DNA of 64,000 bases from Dehalococcoidia bacterium (lineage in GTDB: Bacteria > Chloroflexota > Dehalococcoidia > SM23-28-2 > RBG-16-64-32). The notes beneath the pieces were generated by a model. The model did no database searches, was not told the DNA's origin, and was given only the letters and a program-made list of their open reading frames with translations. Location: the NCBI GenBank assembly GCA_963665775.2, contig CAXXTF010000001.1, positions 768,001-832,000 on the forward strand. Direction: 5' to 3'. Positions 51,071 to 61,302 of the stretch are shown piece by piece. Both the position numbers and the translations under genes were made by a program. The number at the start of each line of letters is the position of its first letter. Within the stretch, counting starts at the first letter, position 1.

Positions 51071-51448
51071 CTACGTGGCCGTGCTTTCGGCAGAGCGCGG
51101 CTGCGCAACCATGCGGTCCGTCATGGCCTCGTAGACGGCGTGGTAGACCATATCGAGTCCAGGGCCGCCGCGACCCGCGGCGGCCCACTCCCTCGCGCCC
51201 TTCCAGATGTTTGATACGACAGCCGGGGGGTCCTCGGCGTCGATCTCCCAGATGGCCAGGTACTTGCCGTGGTCTGGTTTAGCCACATTCGGGTCTGACT
51301 GATCGGCGATTTCATATCGCCTCCCTGCCACGACCCCCGCTACGCCTAGAATGTCGGGGACGTGGATGTCGGTGTACCAGTGATTGAACTCATCCTCGCG
51401 AGCCGGGTCGGCGCAGTTGCAGACCACGATGTAGACGGCGTTTGCCAT
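51071..51448 (-). CDS. EthD/DUF4286-like dimeric alpha-beta barrel protein
   Basis: EDEFNHWYTDIHVPDIL, YLAIWEI. Confidence 0.8.
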   Translation of the reverse strand: MANAVYIVVCNCADPAREDEFNHWYTDIHVPDILGVAGVVAGRRYEIADQSDPNVAKPDHGKYLAIWEIDAEDPPAVVSNIWKGAREWAAAGRGGPGLDMVYHAVYEAMTDRMVAQPRSAESTAT

Positions 51449-51931
51449 GGCGAACTCCTTTCGCTCGTACCTGGGGGACGCCTATATCTTTGCGGCCCAC
51501 ACACCTAATCCTGTCATCAAACCCTTGAGGCTCGCTGCTGGCAGCGTACAAGGCGGCACACACTTGCTGGCCCCGTAGGTCTCCGTCACCCGGCCGCGGT
51601 GCAAGGTTATGGCGGCTATGATGGCCTGTCAACTGAGGCGTCCAAGCCGTTGCCGACTGGGGGTCATGGCAACTCATTTCCTATGCGCTAGCGACACACA
51701 TGAAGTCTTAATACGCGGTCACGGACTGATGAGTCTTGATCCCCTTAGTCGGGCGGCGTCTGCGATGCGTTCAGCGTCTTGGGCCAGCGCAGCGAAGCTA
51801 TATTGGAGAATGCACCAGAGCGATATAGACTGGCTGTCCGCCTCCTTTTATCTACGGATGTAATCTGGGCACTCCCGCCTGTCCGGCGGCAGGCAGGCCT
51901 CCGGCTCTATCTGCTAGGGAACGATTCAGCT

Positions 51932-53128
51932 CTAGGCGATGGCTCCTCGCTCGCGGAGTTCGGCGACCTTCTCTTGGCGATAGCCGAATTCAGCCAGGAT
52001 CTCGTCCGTGTGCTCGCCCTTATACGGGATCGGTCGACGGTTTTCGAAGCCGTCGCCTTTCACTTTGACGGGGCTGGCCACCGTCTTGATCGTTCCATAC
52101 TGCCGGCAGTCCTGGTCCACGAACATCTGGCGAGCCTTGTACAGAGGGGACTCTGTCAACTCGTCAAGCGGGTAGTAGGGAGCACCGGCGATATTGCTCT
52201 CGATGAAGATCTTGGTCCACTCAGCCTGTGTCTTCGTGGCGAAGATCTTGATCAGCTCCTGCCTCAACTCCTCGTCGCCAACGCCGCTATCCATGCGACT
52301 CACGCTCCAGTCGCCCCGAGTCGCCAGGTCGGGCCGGTCTACGACCTCACAGAAGTGCACCCAGAAGTGTTGCTCGGTCGCCTGGATGAGCATGAAGCGG
52401 TCATCCTTGGTCTTGTAGTAGCAGTACTTAACGCTAATATCGACGTTTGGGTCCTTCCAGCCCTTTTCGCCGTCGTTGAGGACGGGCAACAGCTCCTGTC
52501 CAAGGGCGGCTACGGTTGCGTCTGCGCAGGAGATGTCCAGGTAAGAGCCCTCACCGGTAGTCTTAAACTGAACCAGGGCAGCGCAAACCGCCATGGCGCC
52601 GGCCCAGGAGCCGTAGGTCAGGCCATGAGGGAAGGGCCGAGACTGGACGTAGTTGCCGTCCTTAGTCTCATAGGGGATGGCCAGGCCGGCAACGGCATCA
52701 TAGGCACCACCATGGGTGGCCAGATGAGCGAAAGGCCCGTCCTGGCCGAAGCCGGTAATCGAGCAGTAGATGATGCCTGGATTGACGGCCCTGAAATCCT
52801 CGTAGCCCAGACCAAGCTTTGCCTCGACGCCAGGTCGGGCGCCCTCCACCACTACCTGACAGCTCTTGGCCATCTCCAGGAGTAGCTGACGCCCTTCAGA
52901 GGCCTTGATGTCCACCGAGATGTCTCGCTTGTTACGGTTCATCCACAGGAACAGGGGCATCGACCCACCCCATTTGTCGGGCTCCCTGCCAATTCGGAGG
53001 TAGTCCCCAACCGATTTCTCCTCGACCTTGATCACGTCGGCGCCTAGATCGGCGAGAAGCATGGTGAGCATGGGGCCCGGGATGAGGCGGGCCAGGTCCA
53101 GAACCTTGATTCCCTCAAGTAGCTTCAC
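51932..53128 (-). CDS. CaiB/BaiF family III CoA-transferase
   Basis: LADLGADVIKVE, NRNKR, SITGFGQDGP, GEHT. Confidence 0.93.
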   Translation of the reverse strand: MKLLEGIKVLDLARLIPGPMLTMLLADLGADVIKVEEKSVGDYLRIGREPDKWGGSMPLFLWMNRNKRDISVDIKASEGRQLLLEMAKSCQVVVEGARPGVEAKLGLGYEDFRAVNPGIIYCSITGFGQDGPFAHLATHGGAYDAVAGLAIPYETKDGNYVQSRPFPHGLTYGSWAGAMAVCAALVQFKTTGEGSYLDISCADATVAALGQELLPVLNDGEKGWKDPNVDISVKYCYYKTKDDRFMLIQATEQHFWVHFCEVVDRPDLATRGDWSVSRMDSGVGDEELRQELIKIFATKTQAEWTKIFIESNIAGAPYYPLDELTESPLYKARQMFVDQDCRQYGTIKTVASPVKVKGDGFENRRPIPYKGEHTDEILAEFGYRQEKVAELRERGAIA

Positions 53129-53269
53129 GGTGCCCTCCTTCTACAGCATCTACGCTTGTCGGTATGCAGCTATCTTCAGATATTACGATATTGTTGCCCG
53201 TTCGTGTGAGGGCGCGCTTCGCTGCATCATCGACGAGCACCCCCATACGGCGCCGGGTCCATTCTAGCC

Positions 53270-53896
53270 TCGTTCGAACATCCGGCCCACTGAACTCGAA
53301 TTGGACAGGCGGCCCGAGTGAACGCTAGTCGCTGGGCATCTGGCTGCGACGCCGTCATGAATTGTCCCGCTGGCGTTGAGGCCTGCGTCCACCTTACCGG
53401 ACCTTGGCCATCTGTGGGGCGCCAAATCCCCATCCGCGGTGTTCGCCGTATCTCCTCGGCGCTGAGCCCTCTGGGTGGGCTGGCCGAGGTGCCCGGCTTG
53501 CTCGATCCCGGCGCACCGTCGAGTTGCTCACCCTGAAGCCCAGCGCCCGTAACGCCCCGACGATGCGCATGCTGCCTCACAGACGGTTCTCTGCCGCCAT
53601 CCGTTGAATCAGCGTCTGTAGCTCTGGATCGATCGGCGGCCTTCCCCCCAGGCCAAGGCGCTGGCCCAGATGAGGCCACCATGGTGTCCGGCGCCAGCGC
53701 AATACGGTGGCCCACTACAACGCGGGGCGGCCACATCGTGCGCTGGAGCTCGATCCGCCCTCCTGAGCTGTCCACCTTGCGCTGGTTTCAGGCGGCCGGA
53801 TCATCGCCCGGCCTGTGCTTGGCGGCCTGCTCTACGAATACGAAATGCAGGCAGCGTGATCACAGAACGCTGGCGGATCGGTTTTGTACCCCCACA
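53270..53896 (-). mobile_element. Degenerate rve-type IS remnant with end unit
   Basis: ENRL.GSMRIVGALRALG region; terminal ...CCCCACA. Confidence 0.7.
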
Positions 53897-53996
53897 GGCA
53901 ACACTTTCATCGTGTTATTGACGCCTCGCGCGCCACGCTCGCCTGCGCACTGTAATATGATCTTCGGCGAGTCTGGAAGACTGTCCTGAAGGCCCT

Positions 53997-55262
53997 ATGC
54001 ATTCCGCTCACATTACGCCCCGCGAGCCAGAACCTCCCGACACGGGATATCGTTGGGTTATGCTAGCGGGCCTCTGGGTCGGCTATGCTGGCTTTGGACT
54101 GGTCGCCTCCTCCGTAGCACCTCTCATCAAGCCCATGAGCGAGGACTTCGGCCTAAGCCGAGCCGCCATGGGAAGTGTGCTTGGCGCTTGGCCCCTCGTG
54201 TACATTGCCGCCTCTATCCCTGCCGGTGTGATCGTCGACCGCTTCGGGTTGCGGCGTTCTCTGGCTGCAGGCATCTTCCTGATCGCCCTCTCTGGCGGCT
54301 TGAGGGCCGTTTCCGTGGATTACGTGACGTTGTTTGTCGCGGTGGGGGTCTTCGGCCTGGGCGGTCCCTTGGTCTCCGTGGGCGCCCCGAAGCTCGTCAA
54401 CGTGTGGTTCAGCGAAAAGGAACGCGGACTGGCCTTGGGCATTTATCTGACTGGCCCATTGATCGGGGGCATCGTGGCCCTTGCCACTGCCAACAGCCTT
54501 CTAATGCCTCTCACCGGGTCCAGCTGGCGACTCACGATAGGCATCTATGCGGCGGCGGCACTCCTGACCGGAGTGATCTGGTCGCTTCTGGCCCGGGAAC
54601 CCGAGCGCTCTTCCGAGTCCATCCCTGGAGCTGCGCCAGCCATCAGTTCCGTCCTCACGTCAATTCCCCAGCTGCTCCGCAGTAGAGTCGTGCAAATCAT
54701 CATTCTCGTCAGCTTCAGTTCGTTGCTGTACGGCCAAAGCTTTAGCAGCTGGCTGCCTGAGATCCTTCGCTCCAGGGGCATGGGTTCGGCTGAGGCCGGC
54801 TTTTGGGCGGCATTGCCGACGGCGGTTGGGATCGTTAGCACCCTCACCATCCCACGGTTGGCGACGCCCGGGCGGCGAATCCCGATACTGGTTGGCCTGT
54901 CTGTCGTTGGAGGGATCGGTCCGCTGCTAATTGGTACCACGGAAGGGGTACCACTAGCGCTAGGGTTGGTGCTCCAAGGCGCCCGCTTTAGCGTGATTCC
55001 CGTCGCCCTGCTGATCCTCATGGATGCGCCCCAGGTCGGCCCGGACAACATGGGGGCTGCCGGCGGACTCTACTTCACCGCCGGCCAGACGGGCGGTGTG
55101 CTGGGCCCGCTGCTCATGGGTATCCTCGCAGACCTCACTGGCGGCTTCCTGAGCGGGCTGATCATGCTTGCTGGGCTGAGTGTCGCTCTCTCGTTTCTCA
55201 CCCTTGGCTTAAGACTTGCTCAACGAAGCGACGCGGAACATCTGGCCGTCGCATCCACCTGA
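53997..55262 (+). CDS. MFS transporter (CynX/NimT-like)
   Basis: GVIVDRFGLRR, WFSEKERG, 12 TM. Confidence 0.92.
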   Translation: MHSAHITPREPEPPDTGYRWVMLAGLWVGYAGFGLVASSVAPLIKPMSEDFGLSRAAMGSVLGAWPLVYIAASIPAGVIVDRFGLRRSLAAGIFLIALSGGLRAVSVDYVTLFVAVGVFGLGGPLVSVGAPKLVNVWFSEKERGLALGIYLTGPLIGGIVALATANSLLMPLTGSSWRLTIGIYAAAALLTGVIWSLLAREPERSSESIPGAAPAISSVLTSIPQLLRSRVVQIIILVSFSSLLYGQSFSSWLPEILRSRGMGSAEAGFWAALPTAVGIVSTLTIPRLATPGRRIPILVGLSVVGGIGPLLIGTTEGVPLALGLVLQGARFSVIPVALLILMDAPQVGPDNMGAAGGLYFTAGQTGGVLGPLLMGILADLTGGFLSGLIMLAGLSVALSFLTLGLRLAQRSDAEHLAVAST

Positions 55263-55825
55263 CGAGGATCTAACGCTGAAGATCGATGCAGGGTGACAAC
55301 ATTGGATCATTCACGCCACTTTTCTCGATCACACATAGTATTGCCGTGAGTCAAGACTCGTGCCACCAACAGGTTCCCGCTGTGAGTCAGACCTATGCGG
55401 CTCACGTGATACTGGGCAGCCGGTCTGACATAGACGGACGGTTCACCTGGTTGCAGGCGCACGCGTGTTCTATGATAGGGGCTGAAATGACCGATCAGCG
55501 TTCGTCAATGACGACGTCTCCGATGATCACTGCTGTTGGGTGAACATAGGAGCTGGCTCCTATCCTGGGTGTCCCGCCCTCGAACTCGTAGATCGGCATA
55601 TCTATCCTCCCTTCCACCTAATATAATGACTCTTGTTTCCGGGCTCCCTCGACTGTCGCAAAACCGCTATAGGCGCACCACGGACAGAAGTATCGAGATG
55701 AATGAGTCGCGAACCATTCGGGCGTTGTTTCTTGCTGCGATCGCCATCGCGATCGCGCCGGCGGCGTTCGGTGTCTCGGTGATCGCCGGTGCCGGCGGCT
55801 GGGATTCAACCGCGGAAAGGCCTCC

Positions 55826-56749
55826 GTGAGCAAAAAGGAAGCATCAGTGGCGGAAGAGTTCATGGTTCGGTCCATCCTCTTCGTTCCGGCCATTCAGCCG
55901 CGTTTCATCGAGAAAGCACCCACTGTGGGCGCCGATGCCATCTGCCTGGATCTAGAGGATTCTGTTCCGCCAACTCGGAAGGCGAATGCTAGGGAGATGG
56001 TCGGAGAAGCCATGGCGGCGATGAGCGGGCAAGGTCTACTTCTGCTCGTGCGGGTTAACGGATTGGATACTGGGCTTCTAGAGGACGACCTTGCGGCTGT
56101 GCTGAGCCCTGAGCTCTACGGGATTAGCCTGCCCAAGGCGCATACACCCGAAATCGTCAAGGAGGTCGATGCCTCACTGGGGCGACTGGAGCGTGAGTGC
56201 GGCATGGCCGAGGGCCGGACGAAGCTGGTTCCCTGGATTGAGTCGGCCCTGGCTGTATGGCGGTCATACGACGTGTGCCATGCCAGTCCGCGGGTAGTGG
56301 GGGCGGCCTTCGGCGCGGAGGACTTTACGGCTGATATGGGTATCTCGCGCTCGAAGCAGGGACTGGAAATAGCCTGGCCGCGGGCGGCAGTCGCGGTCGC
56401 TGCCAGAGGGGCTGGCATCGTATCACTGGGTACCGTCGTGGTCGACTTCAACGACCAGGAGTTCTTGGAGGAGGATTGCCGTCTGGAGCGCTCCCTAGGC
56501 TACCAGGGAAAGTTCTGTATCCACCCCCGCCAGGTCGAGGTCGTTAATCGAGTGTTCAGGCCCGCCGACGATGAGATCGATCAGGCGAGAAGGGTGATCC
56601 TCGCGTACGAGACTGGTGAGACCCAGGGCGTAGGCGCCGTTGCTCTGGATGGCGAGATGGTGGATAGACCAGTCTATGTTCGGGCTCAGCGGCTCCTTGA
56701 TAGGGCCTCCGCATTCGAGCGCATATCTGGACTGACGGACGACCGCTAG
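55826..56749 (+). CDS. CitE/HpcH family CoA-ester lyase
   Basis: RSILFVP, DLEDSV, VRVN, FGAEDF, CIHPRQ. Confidence 0.93.
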   Translation: MSKKEASVAEEFMVRSILFVPAIQPRFIEKAPTVGADAICLDLEDSVPPTRKANAREMVGEAMAAMSGQGLLLLVRVNGLDTGLLEDDLAAVLSPELYGISLPKAHTPEIVKEVDASLGRLERECGMAEGRTKLVPWIESALAVWRSYDVCHASPRVVGAAFGAEDFTADMGISRSKQGLEIAWPRAAVAVAARGAGIVSLGTVVVDFNDQEFLEEDCRLERSLGYQGKFCIHPRQVEVVNRVFRPADDEIDQARRVILAYETGETQGVGAVALDGEMVDRPVYVRAQRLLDRASAFERISGLTDDR

Positions 56750-56919
56750 GTCTGGCGGCGGCGGCATCTAATGTGACCGCTGGGGCCATGTGAATGGTCG
56801 ACCAGGGCTCGCCGGTGCCAACGGTTGCAGGCGTAACTCCTTTGTTGGCGAAGCGATGACCGGTGGCACTAGCTGTCGTTTGCCCACTGCAGAGCGATCT
56901 CTTTCTGTGTCGTCTCAAC

Positions 56920-56987
56920 GGTTCTGTCAGAACTCAGGGCTCGGGGGTAAGCTTGTCTCAATGTAGGAGAGGGGTTCTGTCAGAACC
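56920..56987. mobile_element. 68-bp IS6 remnant
   Basis: Copy of the IS6 end (reverse complement of ~39255-39306) followed by a second GGTTCTGTCAGAACC. Confidence 0.85.
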
Positions 56988-57150
56988 TTTGATACGGAGC
57001 TAAGTACGGAGCCCTAGACCTTAGTCAAGCTGAGAGCAAACACTCTATCTGGCCGAGTCGCGCTGGTGACTGGCGCAAATGGCCCCGGTTCACCTAGGTA
57101 GGCTGCTCCGCAGATACCGATCCAATCTATGACCGCCACGCCCGTTATTG

Positions 57151-58209
57151 CTAGACGCCGGAGGCCGCCGTCCTGGTCGTCCCCGCAAGCTGAGCGATAA
57201 GCTCGATGGCCTCGGGCTCGTCCGCCTGAATCCTCAGTCCGGTCACGCCCGCCTGCTCCCACCGCCTGTACCGTTCCTTGATTCGTGTCGGCGGGCCGAT
57301 GAGGCTCATCTCGTCGCAATACTCGTCAGGTACGGCTTCGATCGCCTCCGCCCTTCGCCCGGAGAGGAAGAGGTCCTGGATGCGATCAGCGGCGTCTTTG
57401 TAACCGAGCATGATCATCGCTTCTTTATGGAAGTTCTTCTCCTTGTGTCCCATGCCGCCCACGTACCAGGCGAAGTGCTCCTTGATCGGCCGCAAGCCAT
57501 CCCGCACGTCGCCAGTGATATGGACCTTCACCATGGGGTGAATTTCTAAGTCATTGAACGACTTCCCATTCCCTGCCCTCCGAAATCCCTCCTCCAGCCA
57601 GGGGCGGAAGAACTTCATGCTGTCCGGCATGAAGTTCCCGGGCAGCCAGCCGTCGGCAATCTCCGCCGTCAGCTTCACCATTGACTCCATCCTCGTGCCG
57701 AGCCAGATCGGTATGTTCGGGTTCATGTGCAAGATCGACTTCAGCGGTTTGCCCATGTCGACCGATCCCGGGCCGGTGTACGGAAGCGATATCTCCTTTC
57801 CGCCGTGCGTAACCGGCCTCTCCCGCTTGAAGATCTTGCGCATGATCGTGACGTAGTCACGGACGCGGTAGTACGGGCGGCCCCAGGGCTGACCGTACCA
57901 CCCCTCGACGATCTGCGGCCCCGATACACCAATCCCCGCGACAACCCGGTCACCGCCGGCCAGCGCGTCGAGCGTGCCAAAGGTCATCGCCGCGGCCGCC
58001 GGCGTTCGGGCCGCGAGCTGCATGATGCCCGTGCCGAGCTTGATGCGACTGGTCGCTGCTGCCAGATAGGCGAGCGGCGTTATCGCGTCGGAGCCGTAAG
58101 CCTCCGCCGACCAGACGTATTCGTAACCCAGCCGCTCGGCCAGCTGCACCTTCTCAATCGGCAGGCGCAACTCTGCGCCGGAATACCCGATGCTCAGTCC
58201 AAGTTTCAT
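57151..58209 (-). CDS. LLM-class F420-dependent oxidoreductase
   Basis: WSAEAYGSDA, RTPA, GVSGPQIVEGWYG, EIADGWLP. Confidence 0.93.
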   Translation of the reverse strand: MKLGLSIGYSGAELRLPIEKVQLAERLGYEYVWSAEAYGSDAITPLAYLAAATSRIKLGTGIMQLAARTPAAAAMTFGTLDALAGGDRVVAGIGVSGPQIVEGWYGQPWGRPYYRVRDYVTIMRKIFKRERPVTHGGKEISLPYTGPGSVDMGKPLKSILHMNPNIPIWLGTRMESMVKLTAEIADGWLPGNFMPDSMKFFRPWLEEGFRRAGNGKSFNDLEIHPMVKVHITGDVRDGLRPIKEHFAWYVGGMGHKEKNFHKEAMIMLGYKDAADRIQDLFLSGRRAEAIEAVPDEYCDEMSLIGPPTRIKERYRRWEQAGVTGLRIQADEPEAIELIAQLAGTTRTAASGV

Positions 58210-58861
58210 TGCTGCCTCCCTGTGCCTGCGTCGTCCAAGCAGATTGGGGTTCCAAGTCGTTGACAGGTAGGTGTTGCCCCTTGCTTGATGGCTTTCGTGA
58301 CTGGTGCGCTCGACTGTGGGCACGTCACCCCGGATCTTAACACACTCAGAGGGTCTCCTTATCAGGCCGGCCCACCGCACAGGGCTGGAGAGGGTAGAGC
58401 GGGGCAAAGCACCGCAACCAGAGCTTCCGGTGATGTTCCTCTGTACCGGCGTGTGAGCTCCTCGTAGTCATGCGGAAGCCATAGAGCAGCCTGGCAAACG
58501 CGAAGGAGCCCGGTCTCAAGATCGACATCCCGCACCCCCGCTTTAATGGCCTTATGGCGGGAAGGATACCACCGACATTGGGTGCTCTGGTAGCCTCGCT
58601 TGGCGGGCATTCCACGACTCCAGACCTTGGTGTGGGATGGGCGATATTCAGACGGATCGTCATGCATGTGACGGATCGTGATGTCGCCGAGTTCGACGAG
58701 GAAATCCGGCAGGACCATACGGTCCAGGGCTTACCCTCGCAATAAGTGTTACGATTCTCGCGAGCCCGGCATTCCAACAATAGCGGCTGTGTCGGCTGGG
58801 CATCTGCTTGGCAAGTCTGCAGGTAATCGGCGAGCCGGTCTGTTGAACTAGGAGGCTTCAG

Positions 58862-59317
58862 GTGAGCGAAACCAATTGGGAGCAACTGATCCGGGACACC
58901 ATAGATGGTGGAACGCCCCTCACCAAGAATGTGTTCGGTGGAACACATTCGATGACCGCGCAAGAGGTGTTGGAATTCCTCCAGAAGAACCGAGCCATGG
59001 TCATTTCCACGGTTGCTCCGTCTGGGGCACCCCACATCACAAGCGTTGGCATCGTTGTCGTGATGGGCAATATCTATTTCAGGATCGCCCCACAATCCGC
59101 TGTTTACAGACATATTCGAAGGAATCCCAGGGTGGCTGTCGCCTTCGTAGAGCCGCCTTTCGCGGTGAACGTCTTCATTGAAGGATCAGTGCGCCTGCTC
59201 GATGAGGCAAGCGAAGCGACTTTGTCGATCCGCTCTGCCTTCAGCGAGAAGATGAGCTTTGATCCGGAGATTCTCGGCGAGCTTGTCCCCGACAAGGTTT
59301 TCACGTACCAGGACTAG
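58862..59317 (+). CDS. Pyridoxamine 5'-phosphate oxidase-like (split beta-barrel) protein
   Basis: ISTVAPSGAPH, IRRNPRVAV. Confidence 0.82.
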   Translation: MSETNWEQLIRDTIDGGTPLTKNVFGGTHSMTAQEVLEFLQKNRAMVISTVAPSGAPHITSVGIVVVMGNIYFRIAPQSAVYRHIRRNPRVAVAFVEPPFAVNVFIEGSVRLLDEASEATLSIRSAFSEKMSFDPEILGELVPDKVFTYQD

Positions 59318-59757
59318 CGCGGCATCTGCCTCGACAATGGATGGCGTTTGCTCGACGGGCAAGGAACGTACATCCGGGCTACGTCCTCAAGTTATTCCGT
59401 CAGGAGCTGGTATTGGGCTACATATTCGGGGATCGCGCTAGCCATTACGATCCAAGGGTTATTCATAGAGCTCCTCGTTGAGATTCCGTTCGTGGTGTTC
59501 AGACTGGTCGAGTAAGCCGGGTGTGTCTGCGCGTGCCCCTGGGGTGAGCCCCGGCGCCTCGTCCGACTCCTGGCAGGCCAGCAGGCCGGCGTCAGAGGTA
59601 ATCTTGGCACCCCACAGTCTTTGGCCCGGAGGCGGTGGCTGAACCCACCTTGGGCCAGCGTTGCCAACCGCCCTTCCACCCTGGCTTTCAGTTCAGCAGG
59701 GGCGACAAAGTGACCTTGCGCCCTCTCCTGGGCAGGGTCACGATCTTCGCGTGTCAT

Positions 59758-60429
59758 CTAGAGGAGCTCGATAGGTTTGAGCTGCGGGCTGAGGATGAGG
59801 CGGGGTTCCGTAAGGCTCTGCACCTCTTCTGCTGTCCAGCCCGGGGCCATCTCTTGCAGCACCAGCCCCTGGGGAGTCACCGCCATAACGGCAACGTCGG
59901 TTACGATGAGGTCTACACAGGCGGGGGCTGTCAGGGGAAAGGAGCAGCGTTTCAGAATCTTGAGCTGGCCGTCCTTGGTGGTGTGGGCCATGACGACGAT
60001 GACCCGCTTGGCGCAGAACGCCAGGTCCATGCCGCCACCCAGGCTGCCGATAGCCTTTCCGGGCAGGAGCCAGTTGGCCAGATCACCTTGTTCAGAGACT
60101 TGCAGTCCCCCTAAGACGGCCAGATCTATATGGCCACCCCGCACCATGCTGAAGCTCTCGGCGTGCTCGAAGAGGCTCATGCCGGCTTGGCGGGAGATGG
60201 GCTGGACGCCAGCGTTGATGAAGTCGATGTCCGCCTCCTCTGGGTCCTGGATGATGGAGCCAAAGCCCAGGGCACCGTTCTCAGTATGGAAAAGGATCTC
60301 TACATCGGGTGGCACGAAGTTGGAACATAGGGTCGGGATGCCAAAGCCCAGGTTGACGATCATACCGTCCTGGAACTCCTTGGCCACCCGTAAGGCCATG
60401 GTTTGTTCGTCTAACCGCTCGTCGGCCAT
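59758..60429 (-). CDS. 3-oxoacid CoA-transferase subunit B
   Basis: VNLGFGIP, TENG, GDLANW, GGGMDL. Confidence 0.95.
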   Translation of the reverse strand: MADERLDEQTMALRVAKEFQDGMIVNLGFGIPTLCSNFVPPDVEILFHTENGALGFGSIIQDPEEADIDFINAGVQPISRQAGMSLFEHAESFSMVRGGHIDLAVLGGLQVSEQGDLANWLLPGKAIGSLGGGMDLAFCAKRVIVVMAHTTKDGQLKILKRCSFPLTAPACVDLIVTDVAVMAVTPQGLVLQEMAPGWTAEEVQSLTEPRLILSPQLKPIELL

Positions 60430-60438
60430 CGCTAACTC

Positions 60439-61206
60439 CTAGAGGGGCTCATCCCAGGGTGGTAGCCGTGCGGGCCGCACCACCACTCGCTGCGCGTAGA
60501 GGCCTGGGGTGATGATCTGTTCGGAGTCCAACTCCCCCAGCTCTACTACCTCATCCACCTCGGCGATGGTGATAGTGGAGGCGCCGGCCATGGTGCCGTT
60601 AAAGGTGCGGGAAGTGCCCCTATAGACTAGGTTGCCGTAGCGATCAGCTTTGTGGGCGCGGATGAGGGAGAAATCGCCACCAAGGGCAGGCTCCAGGAGG
60701 TGGGGGCGTCCGTTGAACTGGCGGACCTCCTTGCCCGCCTCGGCGATAGTGCCGGGGCCCACCGGCGTATAGAAGGCAGCGATGCCGCTCTTGGCCGCTC
60801 GAATGCGCTCGGCTAGGGTGCCTTGTGGCACCAGCTCCAGCTCCGCTTTGCCCTCCGCTACGGCCCTTTCCACAGGCATGAGCATGGCGGGCGAGGGAGC
60901 GTCCGGGTAGGAGAAGATGCCCTTTTTCAGTTGACCGCGTTCTACCAGGAGTCCATGGTCAACGAACTCTGGCGGAAAGGCGATGAGATTGCGCATGCGC
61001 TCCCTGATCACGGGGAAAAGGTTAGTCCCCCAGCCTCCCAGGTTGCCAACGATGGTCAGCTCCTTCGCTCCCTTGCGGGCCACAGCGGCGATGAGGCAGC
61101 TGGGGCACTCGCCGGGGCCGGCGAAGCCACCAATGAGGAGGGTGGCCCCGTCGGCGACGTCGGCCACCGCTTCATCGAAGCTGCCTACTACTTTGTCTAT
61201 GGCCAT
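60439..61206 (-). CDS. 3-oxoacid CoA-transferase subunit A
   Basis: IGGF, PQGTLAERIRA, ADRYGNL. Confidence 0.95.
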   Translation of the reverse strand: MAIDKVVGSFDEAVADVADGATLLIGGFAGPGECPSCLIAAVARKGAKELTIVGNLGGWGTNLFPVIRERMRNLIAFPPEFVDHGLLVERGQLKKGIFSYPDAPSPAMLMPVERAVAEGKAELELVPQGTLAERIRAAKSGIAAFYTPVGPGTIAEAGKEVRQFNGRPHLLEPALGGDFSLIRAHKADRYGNLVYRGTSRTFNGTMAGASTITIAEVDEVVELGELDSEQIITPGLYAQRVVVRPARLPPWDEPL

Positions 61207-61302
61207 CGTATCAGTGTCTGCATCCTGGGGTTTCCCCCGTTCTGGGTGAGCGATTGATGGATTGCAGCTCTATAGCGATCTCTTCCCAGTTGGCGCGACC
61301 CG

